DNA of 64,000 nucleotides, taken from NCBI GenBank assembly GCA_963678255.2, contig CAXXTW010000002.1, positions 990,260-1,054,259 of the forward strand, in the 5' to 3' direction. Both the position numbers and the translations under genes were made by a program. The notes under the pieces were generated by a model. That model was not told the origin of the DNA, searched no databases, and saw nothing but the letters and a program-made list of their open reading frames with translations. This stretch comes from Candidatus Cloacimonadales bacterium (GTDB taxonomy: Bacteria; Cloacimonadota; Cloacimonadia; Cloacimonadales; WRIO01). Below, piece by piece: positions 1 to 9,115 of this stretch. The first letter of the stretch is position 1. Each line of letters starts with the position of its first letter.

Positions 1-1
1 A

Positions 2-952
2 CTTATATATGGTGATGACATATTAGTGGATCCGTTTTATTACAAATCATTTATTAAAACAATTATTCATATTTTCAGAAATGCTATAGATCATGGAATT
101 GAAGATCCTGAAGAACGTCTTTTAACTGGAAAAGATGAGATGGCAACAATAAAATGTCAAATAAAGGATGATACAACAGATTTTTATCTAATAATATCAG
201 ATGATGGAAGAGGAATTGATCCAGCAATTGTATTAAAAAAACTGATAGAAAATGGGATTGTAGAAAAAAATAAACACTTAACAGATAAAGAAATTTTCCA
301 ATACTTATTTTTAGATGAATTCACTACCAAAGATGAAGTTTCTGAAATATCAGGTAGAGGTATAGGTTTATCAGCTGTTTATCATGATTTAGAGAAAATA
401 CAGGCAGAAATAAGTATAGAATCGAAAATCGGTGTTGGGACAGATGTTATTATTAAATTAAAAAAAGAGATAAAAAATTACGATAACATTCAAATACAGA
501 GCAATTTGTTTGAAAATTTATTACAATTTACTAAAGATTATTTTTATAATGATTTTAATATAGAGTTAATAGAACACAATCAAACTAAATTGACAAATAG
601 TATAATTACCCATCAATTTTCTGCTTTTTTTTCTTTATCAGGTATGTTAAGAGGATTGTTAATAATTAGTTTTAATTTAGAATTAATGACACTCATCAAG
701 AAAAGTTTGGATATAATAAATGAGGATGAGTACAATTGGCATTTTAATGATATTTTTTCAGAGATATCAAATGTCATTATTGGAAGAGCTATAAGTAATT
801 TACCAAATCATTGGCAAATGATTAATTTTTCAACACCCCTCATAGTGCTGACAAAATCAAAAATAAATGTTTTAGAAGAAGTGAAGATTATAAATGGTTC
901 TTTACATTTTGAAAATTCAGAGTTAAGTTTTTCATTATACACAGGAAATTAA
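2..952 (+). CDS. CheA-type histidine kinase fragment, 5' end outside the window. HATPase (P4) domain followed by a CheC/CheX-like domain instead of a CheW-like P5 domain.
   Basis: The reading frame is open to base 2. P4-like motifs: IFRNAIDHGIEDPEER, ISDDGRGID, SGRGIGLSAV. The C-terminal region has a CheC/CheX-type motif, DIFSEISN...STP (D-x3-E-x2-N...P). Confidence 0.6.
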   Translation, partial: LIYGDDILVDPFYYKSFIKTIIHIFRNAIDHGIEDPEERLLTGKDEMATIKCQIKDDTTDFYLIISDDGRGIDPAIVLKKLIENGIVEKNKHLTDKEIFQYLFLDEFTTKDEVSEISGRGIGLSAVYHDLEKIQAEISIESKIGVGTDVIIKLKKEIKNYDNIQIQSNLFENLLQFTKDYFYNDFNIELIEHNQTKLTNSIITHQFSAFFSLSGMLRGLLIISFNLELMTLIKKSLDIINEDEYNWHFNDIFSEISNVIIGRAISNLPNHWQMINFSTPLIVLTKSKINVLEEVKIINGSLHFENSELSFSLYTGN

Positions 953-962
953 GAGGTGATTT

Positions 963-1352
963 ATGGATAGAGAATATGGGATTTTAATAGCAGATGATTC
1001 AGCAATAATGCGTAGAACATTGGCAAAGATTTTATCTGAGCACGGTTTTATTGTTGTAGCAGAAGCAAAAAGTGGAGTAGAAGTCTTGCCATTATATATC
1101 AAAACAAAACCAGATTTGGTTACTTTAGATATAAACATGCCATTCATGGATGGGATAGAAGCCTTAAAGCGCTTAAAAAGTGAATTTCCTGAAAGCAAAG
1201 TGATAATGATAAGTTCACAGGGACAAGAAAATCAGGTTTATGAAGCCATAAAAGCAGGAGCTTCAAATTTTCTTTTGAAACCAATTATTTCTTCAAGAGT
1301 AATCCAAACAGTTAAAGAAGTATTAGGAATTCAAGATTGGACAGAGGCTTGA
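963..1352 (+). CDS. cheY: CheY-like single-domain response regulator
   Basis: 129 aa. ILIADDS acidic pocket, DINMP phospho-acceptor Asp context, conserved SS...KAGA..FLLKP. Lies directly downstream of the kinase. Confidence 0.85.
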   Translation: MDREYGILIADDSAIMRRTLAKILSEHGFIVVAEAKSGVEVLPLYIKTKPDLVTLDINMPFMDGIEALKRLKSEFPESKVIMISSQGQENQVYEAIKAGASNFLLKPIISSRVIQTVKEVLGIQDWTEA

Positions 1353-1948
1353 TTCTATTGAATGGCATAACAGCGGTGATTTTAGCTGGAGGAAAAAATA
1401 GTCGAATTGGAGTAAACAAATGTTTTCTTCCAGTTGAAGATAATTATTTGATAGATAAACAGATCAATGTTTTAAAAGAAATATTTGGACGAATAATCAT
1501 AGTACATAATTCTCCAATGATATTCGAAAGATATCCAGACTATATGCATTCTATTGATGAGTACAACAATATTGGCCCTCTTGGAGGCATCTATACAGCT
1601 CTAAAACAGTGCGAGACAGAAGCAATTTTTGTTGTGGCATGTGATATGCCTAACCTAAACAAAGAATTCATAATCAGAGAAATAATGCATTTTAACAATA
1701 TTAATTGTGAAGGACTAGTCCCTATTCATCGTAAAGGGTTTGAACCTTTACATGCTATCTATAGTAAAACATGCTTGGTTGAAATGGAAAAAAATATTCA
1801 ATTAAAAGATTACAAGATACAAAACATAATACAGAAATTGAATTTTCAATATTTAAAAGTTTCAGACAAAAGCATAGAAATATTTTTTAATATAAATACA
1901 AAAAAGGACTTTCTTAATTATACTTTAACAAAAAAGAAAGTCCAATAA
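1337..1948 (+). CDS. mobA: Molybdenum cofactor guanylyltransferase (MobA-like nucleotidyltransferase). The start codon is ambiguous: TTG at 1337, 1349 or 1358.
   Basis: Motifs AVILAGGKNSRIG, GPLGGIYTAL and VVACDMP are typical of MobA. Confidence 0.65.
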   Translation: MDRGLILLNGITAVILAGGKNSRIGVNKCFLPVEDNYLIDKQINVLKEIFGRIIIVHNSPMIFERYPDYMHSIDEYNNIGPLGGIYTALKQCETEAIFVVACDMPNLNKEFIIREIMHFNNINCEGLVPIHRKGFEPLHAIYSKTCLVEMEKNIQLKDYKIQNIIQKLNFQYLKVSDKSIEIFFNINTKKDFLNYTLTKKKVQ

Positions 1949-1952
1949 TTTT

Positions 1953-3794
1953 TTATTCCACAGTCACGCTTTTTGCTAAATTCCTTGGTTGATCCACATT
2001 CAATTTTTTAATGTCAGCAACATGATAAGCAATTAATTGAAGAGGAATAACTGTAAGAAGAGGTCTTAAACAAGGCAAAGTTTCTGGAATATAAATAACC
2101 TGTTCAGCCACTGAAGCAATATTTGTATCTCCTTCATAAGCAATTGCAATAATCCGACCTTTACGAGCTTTTACTTCTTGAAGATTAGAAATCACTTTAT
2201 CATAGAGATAATCTTTAACAGCGATAGCAATCACAGGCATATTTTCATCAATAAGAGCTATTGGGCCATGTTTCATCTCAGCAGCTGGATATCCTTCTGC
2301 ATGAATATAAGAAATTTCTTTAAGTTTTAATGCCCCTTCCAGAGCAACAGGATAGTCAATACCTCGCCCTAAATATAAAGCATGGTGAGAATGAGCAATA
2401 GTATTAGCAATTTCGCGGATTTGGTCATTTTGATCAAGAATTTTCTGAATCTTTTCAGGAATTTTTTTTAATTCTTCAATATGATTTAATCCTTCCATAG
2501 GAGAAACATTTCTCATTCTTCCCAAGAGCAAAGCAACTAAGATTAAGACTGTAACCTGAGAAGTAAAAGCTTTTGTAGAAGCAACTCCAATTTCTGACCC
2601 AGCATGAGTATAAACTCCCCCATCACTTTCTCGCGCAATGGTTGAGCCAACAACATTAGTGATCCCAAAAACTTTTGCGCCTTTTGCTTTTGCTTCTTTT
2701 AAAGCTGCAAGAGTATCAGCAGTCTCTCCTGATTGACTAATTGTAAAAACTAAAGTGTCATTAGGTACTATAGGATTTTTATAGCGATATTCACTGGCAT
2801 ATTCTACATCAACAGGAACTCTTGCCAATGTTTCGATGACATATTTTCCTATCAAAGCAGCATGCCATGATGTTCCGCAACCAATTATTTGAATACGTTG
2901 AACATTTCTCAAATCGTGATAATTTGAGCTTAATCCCCCTAATCTGCTTGTAGATAATTCTTCAGAAAGTCTGCCTCTAAAAGCATTATATACTGAAACT
3001 GTTTGTTCATAAATTTCTTTTAACATATAATGTTTAAAATCTGCTTTATCAATTGCAGAAACATCCCAATCTATTTCAGAAATTTCAGCTTTGACAATTT
3101 CATTTTCTAAATTTAATATTTCATAACTGCCAGCTTTTAATAAAGCAATTTCTCCATCTCGAATATATATTACTTTTTTTGTGTAAAGAATAGTTGCATT
3201 GATATCTGATGTAATAAATAACTCATCATCACCAACAGCAATGATAACTGGGCTTCCTTTTCTAGCAGCGAATATCTGATCAGGGTAATCACTGTGTAAA
3301 AGAGCTAAGCCATATGTTCCTTCAACTTTTTTTAAAGATTTTCTGAGAGCATTTACGATATTTTTGTCTTTTTGATAATAGTAATGGATGAGCATAACAA
3401 GAACCTCAGTATCCGTTTGACTTTTAAAAAGATATCCTTTTTTTTCTAACTGATTCCTAAGAACTTTATAATTTTCAATGATTCCATTATGAACTATTGC
3501 CATTTTGTTATCTGGATCGCAGTGAGGATGAGCATTTTCTTCATTGGGTTCTCCATGTGTTGCCCATCTGGTATGAGAAATTCCAATACTACTATTCAGA
3601 TCATCTTTGTTTTCAGATAAAAATTTTTCTAATTCAATTATTTTCCCTTCTTTTTTATATACTTTCAGTTGGTTATTTTTATTAAGTATTGCAATTCCAG
3701 AACTATCGTAACCTCTATATTCAAGTCTTTTTAGACCTTCAATCATAATTGGTATAACATTTTTCTTTCCAATATATCCGACAATACCACACAT
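1953..3794 (-). CDS. glmS: Glutamine--fructose-6-phosphate aminotransferase
   Basis: 613 aa. N-terminal MCGIVGYIG (Cys nucleophile), two SIS domains, canonical C-terminal ...KSVTVE. Confidence 0.95.
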   Translation of the reverse strand: MCGIVGYIGKKNVIPIMIEGLKRLEYRGYDSSGIAILNKNNQLKVYKKEGKIIELEKFLSENKDDLNSSIGISHTRWATHGEPNEENAHPHCDPDNKMAIVHNGIIENYKVLRNQLEKKGYLFKSQTDTEVLVMLIHYYYQKDKNIVNALRKSLKKVEGTYGLALLHSDYPDQIFAARKGSPVIIAVGDDELFITSDINATILYTKKVIYIRDGEIALLKAGSYEILNLENEIVKAEISEIDWDVSAIDKADFKHYMLKEIYEQTVSVYNAFRGRLSEELSTSRLGGLSSNYHDLRNVQRIQIIGCGTSWHAALIGKYVIETLARVPVDVEYASEYRYKNPIVPNDTLVFTISQSGETADTLAALKEAKAKGAKVFGITNVVGSTIARESDGGVYTHAGSEIGVASTKAFTSQVTVLILVALLLGRMRNVSPMEGLNHIEELKKIPEKIQKILDQNDQIREIANTIAHSHHALYLGRGIDYPVALEGALKLKEISYIHAEGYPAAEMKHGPIALIDENMPVIAIAVKDYLYDKVISNLQEVKARKGRIIAIAYEGDTNIASVAEQVIYIPETLPCLRPLLTVIPLQLIAYHVADIKKLNVDQPRNLAKSVTVE

Positions 3795-4044
3795 AAATCC
3801 TCCAAAACTATTAAATGAATTCCATTAATCTTAATTAATAAAAAATAATCAAGTTTTAATTTTAAAAACATAAAAGAATTATTTTCTTAACAAATTGAAT
3901 ATTTTTCTCTTTTTTTTTATATAAGAATCAAAAGTGTATTTTAATTTTTTATTAACAAAATCCTATTTCATTATTTTTCATTATTTTATGTAATATAAAA
4001 CTCTTAATGCTTCTATTCAATAATGTGCAATAGAAAAAAAAGTT

Positions 4045-4060
4045 TGGCATAGGCAATGCA
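4045..4060 (+). promoter_or_regulatory. Candidate sigma54 (-24/-12) promoter upstream of flgB
   Basis: TGGCATaggcaaTGCA has GG and GC at the canonical spacing of TGGCAC-N5-TTGCA. It sits 24 nt upstream of the flgB ATG, in an intergenic region and in the correct orientation. Confidence 0.55.
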
Positions 4061-4083
4061 TGTATAGTTCTTTGGAGGTAGAT

Positions 4084-4497
4084 ATGTTAACTGATTTATT
4101 GTTTAACAAAACAGTGGTTCCAACTGTAGAACAAAGCATGAATACATATTCTTTGAGACAAAAGACTTTAGCAAACAATGTTGCTAATGCTATGACACCT
4201 GGATATAAAGCTCAAAAAGTTGATTTTGAGGAAGAATTAAGAAAATCATTAAGCAGCAATCATATAAAAGGTAATTTAACAGACAAAAATCATATTCCTG
4301 TAGGTTCTACTTCTCCTTCAATAATTAGTCCAAAAGTATCTTTAAAAGAAGATCCTTTAAATGATACAGGCGTAAATAATGTTGATATTGATAGAGAAAT
4401 GGCTGAAATGGCTGAAAACTCACTAAGATATGAGATGAGTTCAAAATTGATAACTAGAAGATTTTCAGTTATAAAATCTGCAATTCGTGGAAGATAA
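4084..4497 (+). CDS. flgB: Flagellar basal-body rod protein FlgB. Start moved from the track's 4060 to the ATG at 4084, which follows a GGAGG ribosome-binding site (RBS).
   Basis: Motifs LANNVANAMTPGYKA and C-terminal DREMAEMAEN..RYE. Located in a flagellar cluster. Confidence 0.85.
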   Translation: MLTDLLFNKTVVPTVEQSMNTYSLRQKTLANNVANAMTPGYKAQKVDFEEELRKSLSSNHIKGNLTDKNHIPVGSTSPSIISPKVSLKEDPLNDTGVNNVDIDREMAEMAENSLRYEMSSKLITRRFSVIKSAIRGR

Positions 4498-4507
4498 GGA
4501 GAGAATT

Positions 4508-5017
4508 ATGATATATAAATCATTATTCAGTACAATGGATATTAGCGCTCAGGGCTTATCAGTTAATCGCACAAAAATGAATGTTATTGCAGAAAATATA
4601 GCTAATGCTGAAACAACAAAAACAGAATCAGGAGAAGCTTACCGTCGGAAAATTGTAAAAGTGCAAAATGGAAATCATGAAAGAAAAAGTTTTTCTCAAT
4701 ATATGAAAGATAACAATTTAGATTTAACTCAAACTGAACAAGTACATATGCCAGATAAACCATTTGAATATCCTTACACTGATCAAAAAGCAGGGGTGCA
4801 TGTATCTGGGATAGTTAAAGATAATTCAGCATTCAAAATGGTTTATGATCCATCTCATCCAGATGCAAACGAACAAGGTTATTTAGAAATGCCAAATATC
4901 AACATCGTACAAGAAATGGTTGATATGATAACAGCTTCTCGATCCTATGAAGCTAACGTCACTTCTTTAAATAGTTCAAAAGACATGATTAGAAACGCTT
5001 TAAAAATAGGAGGATAA
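4508..5017 (+). CDS. flgC: Flagellar basal-body rod protein FlgC. Start set at the ATG at 4508, after an AAGGAGAG RBS.
   Basis: Motifs ISAQGLSVNRTKMNVIAENIANAETT and NINIVQEMVDMITASRSYEANV. Confidence 0.9.
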   Translation: MIYKSLFSTMDISAQGLSVNRTKMNVIAENIANAETTKTESGEAYRRKIVKVQNGNHERKSFSQYMKDNNLDLTQTEQVHMPDKPFEYPYTDQKAGVHVSGIVKDNSAFKMVYDPSHPDANEQGYLEMPNINIVQEMVDMITASRSYEANVTSLNSSKDMIRNALKIGG

Positions 5018-5018
5018 C

Positions 5019-5324
5019 GTGGCATTAACTATTCAAAATAATCAAATTGATAATGCATACAGCCTATATCAAAGAACAAGTGATCTTTACAAAAAGAACA
5101 CAAAAGATAGACAAACGTTACCAGCTAATCAAGCTAATAAAGAAGCTGAAAGCGTTCGTACTTTAACTAGTAAAGACTTAAAATCATTTCTAAGTAATGA
5201 TGAAAAAAAAGTTCTTAAAGAAGTATTTGGTGATTTATCAGTTGACAAAGAATCAATCCTTTTATATAATTCACCTAATTCGATAAATCTGCTAAAAGGC
5301 AGTAAGATTGATATTAAATTGTAG
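5019..5324 (+). CDS. Hypothetical 101-aa protein embedded between flgC and fliE
   Basis: GTG start 5 nt after a strong AGGAGG RBS. Tightly packed in the operon. No motif recognised. Confidence 0.5.
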   Translation: MALTIQNNQIDNAYSLYQRTSDLYKKNTKDRQTLPANQANKEAESVRTLTSKDLKSFLSNDEKKVLKEVFGDLSVDKESILLYNSPNSINLLKGSKIDIKL

Positions 5325-5335
5325 AGGAAAGAAGA

Positions 5336-5650
5336 ATGAATGATCCAAGAATGAATGCTATCAATCAGATGCGTGGAATTGATTCGTCTTCTCCACTTCT
5401 TAAAACATCTGATGTTAAAAAACAAGGAGCTGTTTCATTTTCTGAAACTATGAAAAGATACATTAATGACGCCAATGATCTTCAAACAAAGGCTGATAAT
5501 GATATTAAACGAATCATAGCTGGAGAAGAAGTTGATGCTCATGAAGTAATGACAGCCGTTGAAAAAGCCGGGATAAGTTTTGAAATGGTTATGGAAATCC
5601 GTAATAAAATGCTTGAAGCTTATCGTGAAGTCATGAAAACTCCTTTGTAA
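5336..5650 (+). CDS. fliE: Flagellar hook-basal body complex protein FliE
   Basis: 104 aa. FSETMKRYINDANDLQ...AGEEVDAHEVMTAVEKAGISFEMVMEIRNK is a typical FliE C-terminus. Confidence 0.85.
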   Translation: MNDPRMNAINQMRGIDSSSPLLKTSDVKKQGAVSFSETMKRYINDANDLQTKADNDIKRIIAGEEVDAHEVMTAVEKAGISFEMVMEIRNKMLEAYREVMKTPL

Positions 5651-5676
5651 ATATGGAAAACATGATAAAGTCTCAT

Positions 5677-5707
5677 AAAACGCTTTCTTTTCTGAGAGCG
5701 TTTTTTA
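5677..5707 (+). terminator. Hairpin plus T-run after fliE. Could be a terminator or an attenuator between the fliE and fliF units.
   Basis: aaaacgctttc-loop-gagagcgtttt followed by tttt. The stem has one mismatch. Confidence 0.45.
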
Positions 5708-5724
5708 TATAAAGAGGTTCTTTA

Positions 5725-7356
5725 ATGAAAGATAAAATGCAGAATATGTGGAGTAAAACCCAAGAAGTTTATCTAAGGATGGAGCTTCGTCAACGTGTTA
5801 TACTTGCTATACTGATAGCAATTACTTTAGCAGTAATAATTTGGTTAATCTCTTGGAGTTCAAAAGTTGAATATAGTCTTCTTTTTGGTAAACTAACTCC
5901 TGAAGATGCTCAGAAAGTAATAACAAAGCTAGATGAAGGGAAAATTTCTTACAAAATCCAAGATGAAGGAAGATCAATATATATCCCAGCAGATAAAGTG
6001 TACGAAACAAGAATTAAACTTTCATCTGAAGATATTGGATTAAAAAATAATGGTGTTGGTTTTGAAATTTTCGACAAAACACAATTAGGTATGACTGAGT
6101 TCGTCCAAAATGTAAATTATCGAAGAGCTATGGAAGGTGAATTACAAAGAACTATCCAATCAATTTCAGGAATCGAGTATGTGCGTGTGCATTTAGTCTT
6201 TCCTGAAGAAAAAATCTTCAAAGAAGATCAGCAACCACCTACTGCTTCTGTCATGATTAAAACATCAAGAAGCTTATCTGAAAAACAAGTGAATGGGATA
6301 ACAAATTTTATAGCTTCCGCTGTAGAAGGTTTAGACCCTTCTAAAGTAACAATTGTTGATCAAGAAGGAAAAATATTAACTGACAATAATGAAGATGGGT
6401 TAACAGGATTATCAAATAAACAACTAAAAGTTCAAAATCAATTGGAAAATCAATTATCGCTTAAAGTACAATCCATGTTAGATCAAATTGTCGGGGTTGG
6501 AAACGCTGTTGTCAGAGTCAGTGCTGAATTGAATTTTGATCAAGTTGAAACAACTATTGAAAAATACGATCCTGAAGGTCAGGTAGTTAGATCTGAAGAG
6601 CTTGAATCTAATAATAACACAAATTTAAAAGATAGTCTTTCTCAGACTTCTGAACACCAAATTACTAATTATGAGATAAATTCTTCTGTTCAAAAAATGA
6701 TAAATCAAATTGGTGGGGTCCGTAGATTGACAGTTGCAGTTAATGTAAATTATAAATTAAGAATACAAGAAAAAGATGGAAAAACAATAAAAGAATATCT
6801 AGAAAGAACTCCTAGTGAAATTCAACAAATTCAACAATTAGTTCAAAACGCAATAGGATATAATACAGAACGAGGTGATCAAATTGTTGTTAACAGTATG
6901 GCATTTGATAACTCAGAGCTAGAATTTCAAAAAACTACTGAAGACAAAGAGATTAAAAGAAAGCAATATATTAATTTAGCTGAAAAAGGATTGATTATTG
7001 TTATTTTAATAGTTTTACTTTTTGTGTTAACATCACAATTTAGAAAAATATTTGCTCAGCCTGAACCTGAAGGTGATTTAGAAGATGAGATGAGACCTGC
7101 ATTTGCAGAAGGGTCAGGTGTTGGAGAAGGATTTTATCCAGAAGGAGAAGAAGGCATGCCCATGGGTGAAGGTAAAATTTCTTATACTTTTAAACCAATG
7201 AAAGATATAGAAATTGAACAAACTGAGGCTATACTTCTTCAGGAAGCAATTCAAAAATTCGTTATAGAAAACCCAGATGTTGCAGTAAGATTAATAAAAA
7301 GCTGGATTTTAGAATCATCTTCTATTGGCGCCAGCAAATATAATCCAAAAAAATGA
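5725..7356 (+). CDS. fliF: Flagellar M-ring protein FliF
   Basis: 543 aa. N-terminal transmembrane (TM) segment, YscJ/FliF-type periplasmic domains (YRRAMEGELQRTI, VRVHLV.PE), second TM segment and a C-terminal FliG-binding tail. Confidence 0.9.
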   Translation: MKDKMQNMWSKTQEVYLRMELRQRVILAILIAITLAVIIWLISWSSKVEYSLLFGKLTPEDAQKVITKLDEGKISYKIQDEGRSIYIPADKVYETRIKLSSEDIGLKNNGVGFEIFDKTQLGMTEFVQNVNYRRAMEGELQRTIQSISGIEYVRVHLVFPEEKIFKEDQQPPTASVMIKTSRSLSEKQVNGITNFIASAVEGLDPSKVTIVDQEGKILTDNNEDGLTGLSNKQLKVQNQLENQLSLKVQSMLDQIVGVGNAVVRVSAELNFDQVETTIEKYDPEGQVVRSEELESNNNTNLKDSLSQTSEHQITNYEINSSVQKMINQIGGVRRLTVAVNVNYKLRIQEKDGKTIKEYLERTPSEIQQIQQLVQNAIGYNTERGDQIVVNSMAFDNSELEFQKTTEDKEIKRKQYINLAEKGLIIVILIVLLFVLTSQFRKIFAQPEPEGDLEDEMRPAFAEGSGVGEGFYPEGEEGMPMGEGKISYTFKPMKDIEIEQTEAILLQEAIQKFVIENPDVAVRLIKSWILESSSIGASKYNPKK

Positions 7357-8414
7357 GAGAGAGAACCATGGATTTAGATTTTCATTTTGATAAAGAAACT
7401 ATAGAAATGTACCAAAGCTTGCTAAGGAATATGGATGGTTTAACAAAAGCCTCTATCTTGCTAATCGGGTTAGGTAAACAAGCTACATCTTTAGTTTTTC
7501 AATTATTATCAGATTCAGATCTGGAAAGCGTTACAACCAAAATTGCAACAATTAGTGCTGTTGATCCCAAAATTTCTGAAGCAGTCTTTGAAGAATTTTA
7601 CGAGATGATTAAAGCTCAAGAATATATATCACTTGGTGGAATAGATTTTGCGAAAGAACTTTTACAAAATGCACTGGGTGACGTTAGAGCTATGGAAATT
7701 ATAAAAAAAGTACAAAGACTTTTACAGGTTAAAGGATTCAATGTTCTTAAACAAGTGGATTCCACACAATTACTAACTTTTATTCAAAAAGAACATCCTC
7801 AAACTATTGCTTTAGTTTTAACCCAATTAGAGCCCATACAAGCTGCAAATGTTTTAGGAGAACTACCTGAAGATATTCGTAATGATGTAGTTATCAGATT
7901 TGCTACCATGGAAAGAGTATCTCAGGAGATGATTAATACTGTTGAACAAATTCTCGAAGAAAGAATAGATTTTAGTCAACAAGGTACCCAATTTGGTGGT
8001 GTTAAAGCAGCAGCTGAAATCATTAACATGGTTGGTTCTACAATAGAAAGAGCTATCCTTGAAGCAATTGCCACAAAAGATCCTAAACTAGCAACAGAGA
8101 TAAAAAATCTTATGTTTGTTTTTGAAGATATCCTTTATTTAGATGATAGAACCATTCAAAAAATCCTCAGAGATGTCGATCAAAAAGATATTGCAATGGC
8201 TCTTAAAGCAGTTAATGATGAAGTCCAATCAAAGATATTCAAAAATATGTCTGAACGTGCAGCTGCAATTATTAAAGAAGAAATGGAATTCGCTGGACCA
8301 GTTAGACTAAGAGATGTTGAACAAGCGCAACAAAATGTACTGGATGTTATTAGAAAACTGGAAGAATTAGGTGAAATTCAACTAACAAAAGGCGGAGAGG
8401 ATTACGTTTCGTAA
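7353..8414 (+). CDS. fliG: Flagellar motor switch protein FliG. An alternative start exists at 7368.
   Basis: Motifs KASILLIGLG, EHPQTIALVL, and the C-terminal torque helix region MSERAA..IKEEME. ATGA overlap with the fliF stop. Confidence 0.9.
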   Translation: MRERTMDLDFHFDKETIEMYQSLLRNMDGLTKASILLIGLGKQATSLVFQLLSDSDLESVTTKIATISAVDPKISEAVFEEFYEMIKAQEYISLGGIDFAKELLQNALGDVRAMEIIKKVQRLLQVKGFNVLKQVDSTQLLTFIQKEHPQTIALVLTQLEPIQAANVLGELPEDIRNDVVIRFATMERVSQEMINTVEQILEERIDFSQQGTQFGGVKAAAEIINMVGSTIERAILEAIATKDPKLATEIKNLMFVFEDILYLDDRTIQKILRDVDQKDIAMALKAVNDEVQSKIFKNMSERAAAIIKEEMEFAGPVRLRDVEQAQQNVLDVIRKLEELGEIQLTKGGEDYVS

Positions 8415-9115
8415 TGAATAACAAAATAAAAGAACCCTCTTTTCAATTTAATATTAACCCAGGTTATCCCGTAAAGGGAGCTCAAAAAACAGATCATCAT
8501 CCTAATTCTAATGAAAGTATTTTTAATAAATATCAACAAGATATTATTTCTGAAATTATTCAATTTAATATTCAAGAAGCAGAAGATTCCTTTCAATCAT
8601 CTCTTGAAAAAGAAAAAAGTTTAGCTTATCAAAACGGAATTCAAGCAGGATTAAAACAAGCGCAACAACAATATCAAAAACAAATTAATCAATCTCTACA
8701 GACTTTACAATCCATTTACAATGAACTATCACATTTTTCAGAAAGATTTATTGAAGATCAAGAACAGACTTTTCTAACATTAATAATGACTCTCTCTAAA
8801 AAAGTGATTGATACAGAATTAACAATAAATCCTGAAGCCGTTTTAAATGTTGTGAGAAATTGTTTAAATCTAATAAATGAACGAGAAGAAATTAAAATAC
8901 TAGTAAATCAAAATGATTGGTCTACTGTTAAAGAAAACATAAATTATCTTAATCTAAGAAATGAATTACCAAAACAAATTGATATTATTAGTTCTCCTCA
9001 AATTTCTCAAGGTGGTTGCAGAATAGAGTTCAAATCAGGTTCTGTTGACGCAGATATCGATTCTCAATTTGAAGAAGTAAAAAGAAAATTACTCAAATAT
9101 GCTAAAACAGATTAA
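8414..9115 (+). CDS. fliH: Flagellar assembly protein FliH (export ATPase regulator)
   Basis: Positioned between fliG and fliI. Q-rich coiled-coil N-terminal half. The C-terminal FliH/YscL-type region ends GGCRIEFKSGSVDADIDSQFEEV. Confidence 0.65.
   Translation: MNNKIKEPSFQFNINPGYPVKGAQKTDHHPNSNESIFNKYQQDIISEIIQFNIQEAEDSFQSSLEKEKSLAYQNGIQAGLKQAQQQYQKQINQSLQTLQSIYNELSHFSERFIEDQEQTFLTLIMTLSKKVIDTELTINPEAVLNVVRNCLNLINEREEIKILVNQNDWSTVKENINYLNLRNELPKQIDIISSPQISQGGCRIEFKSGSVDADIDSQFEEVKRKLLKYAKTD

Noticed and set aside
3795-4059. Possible glmS ribozyme or other riboswitch in the glmS 5' region
   Set aside because: The region is almost pure A/T with no recognisable conserved core or paired elements. 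I cannot support an RNA element by eye, and a covariance-model scan would be needed.
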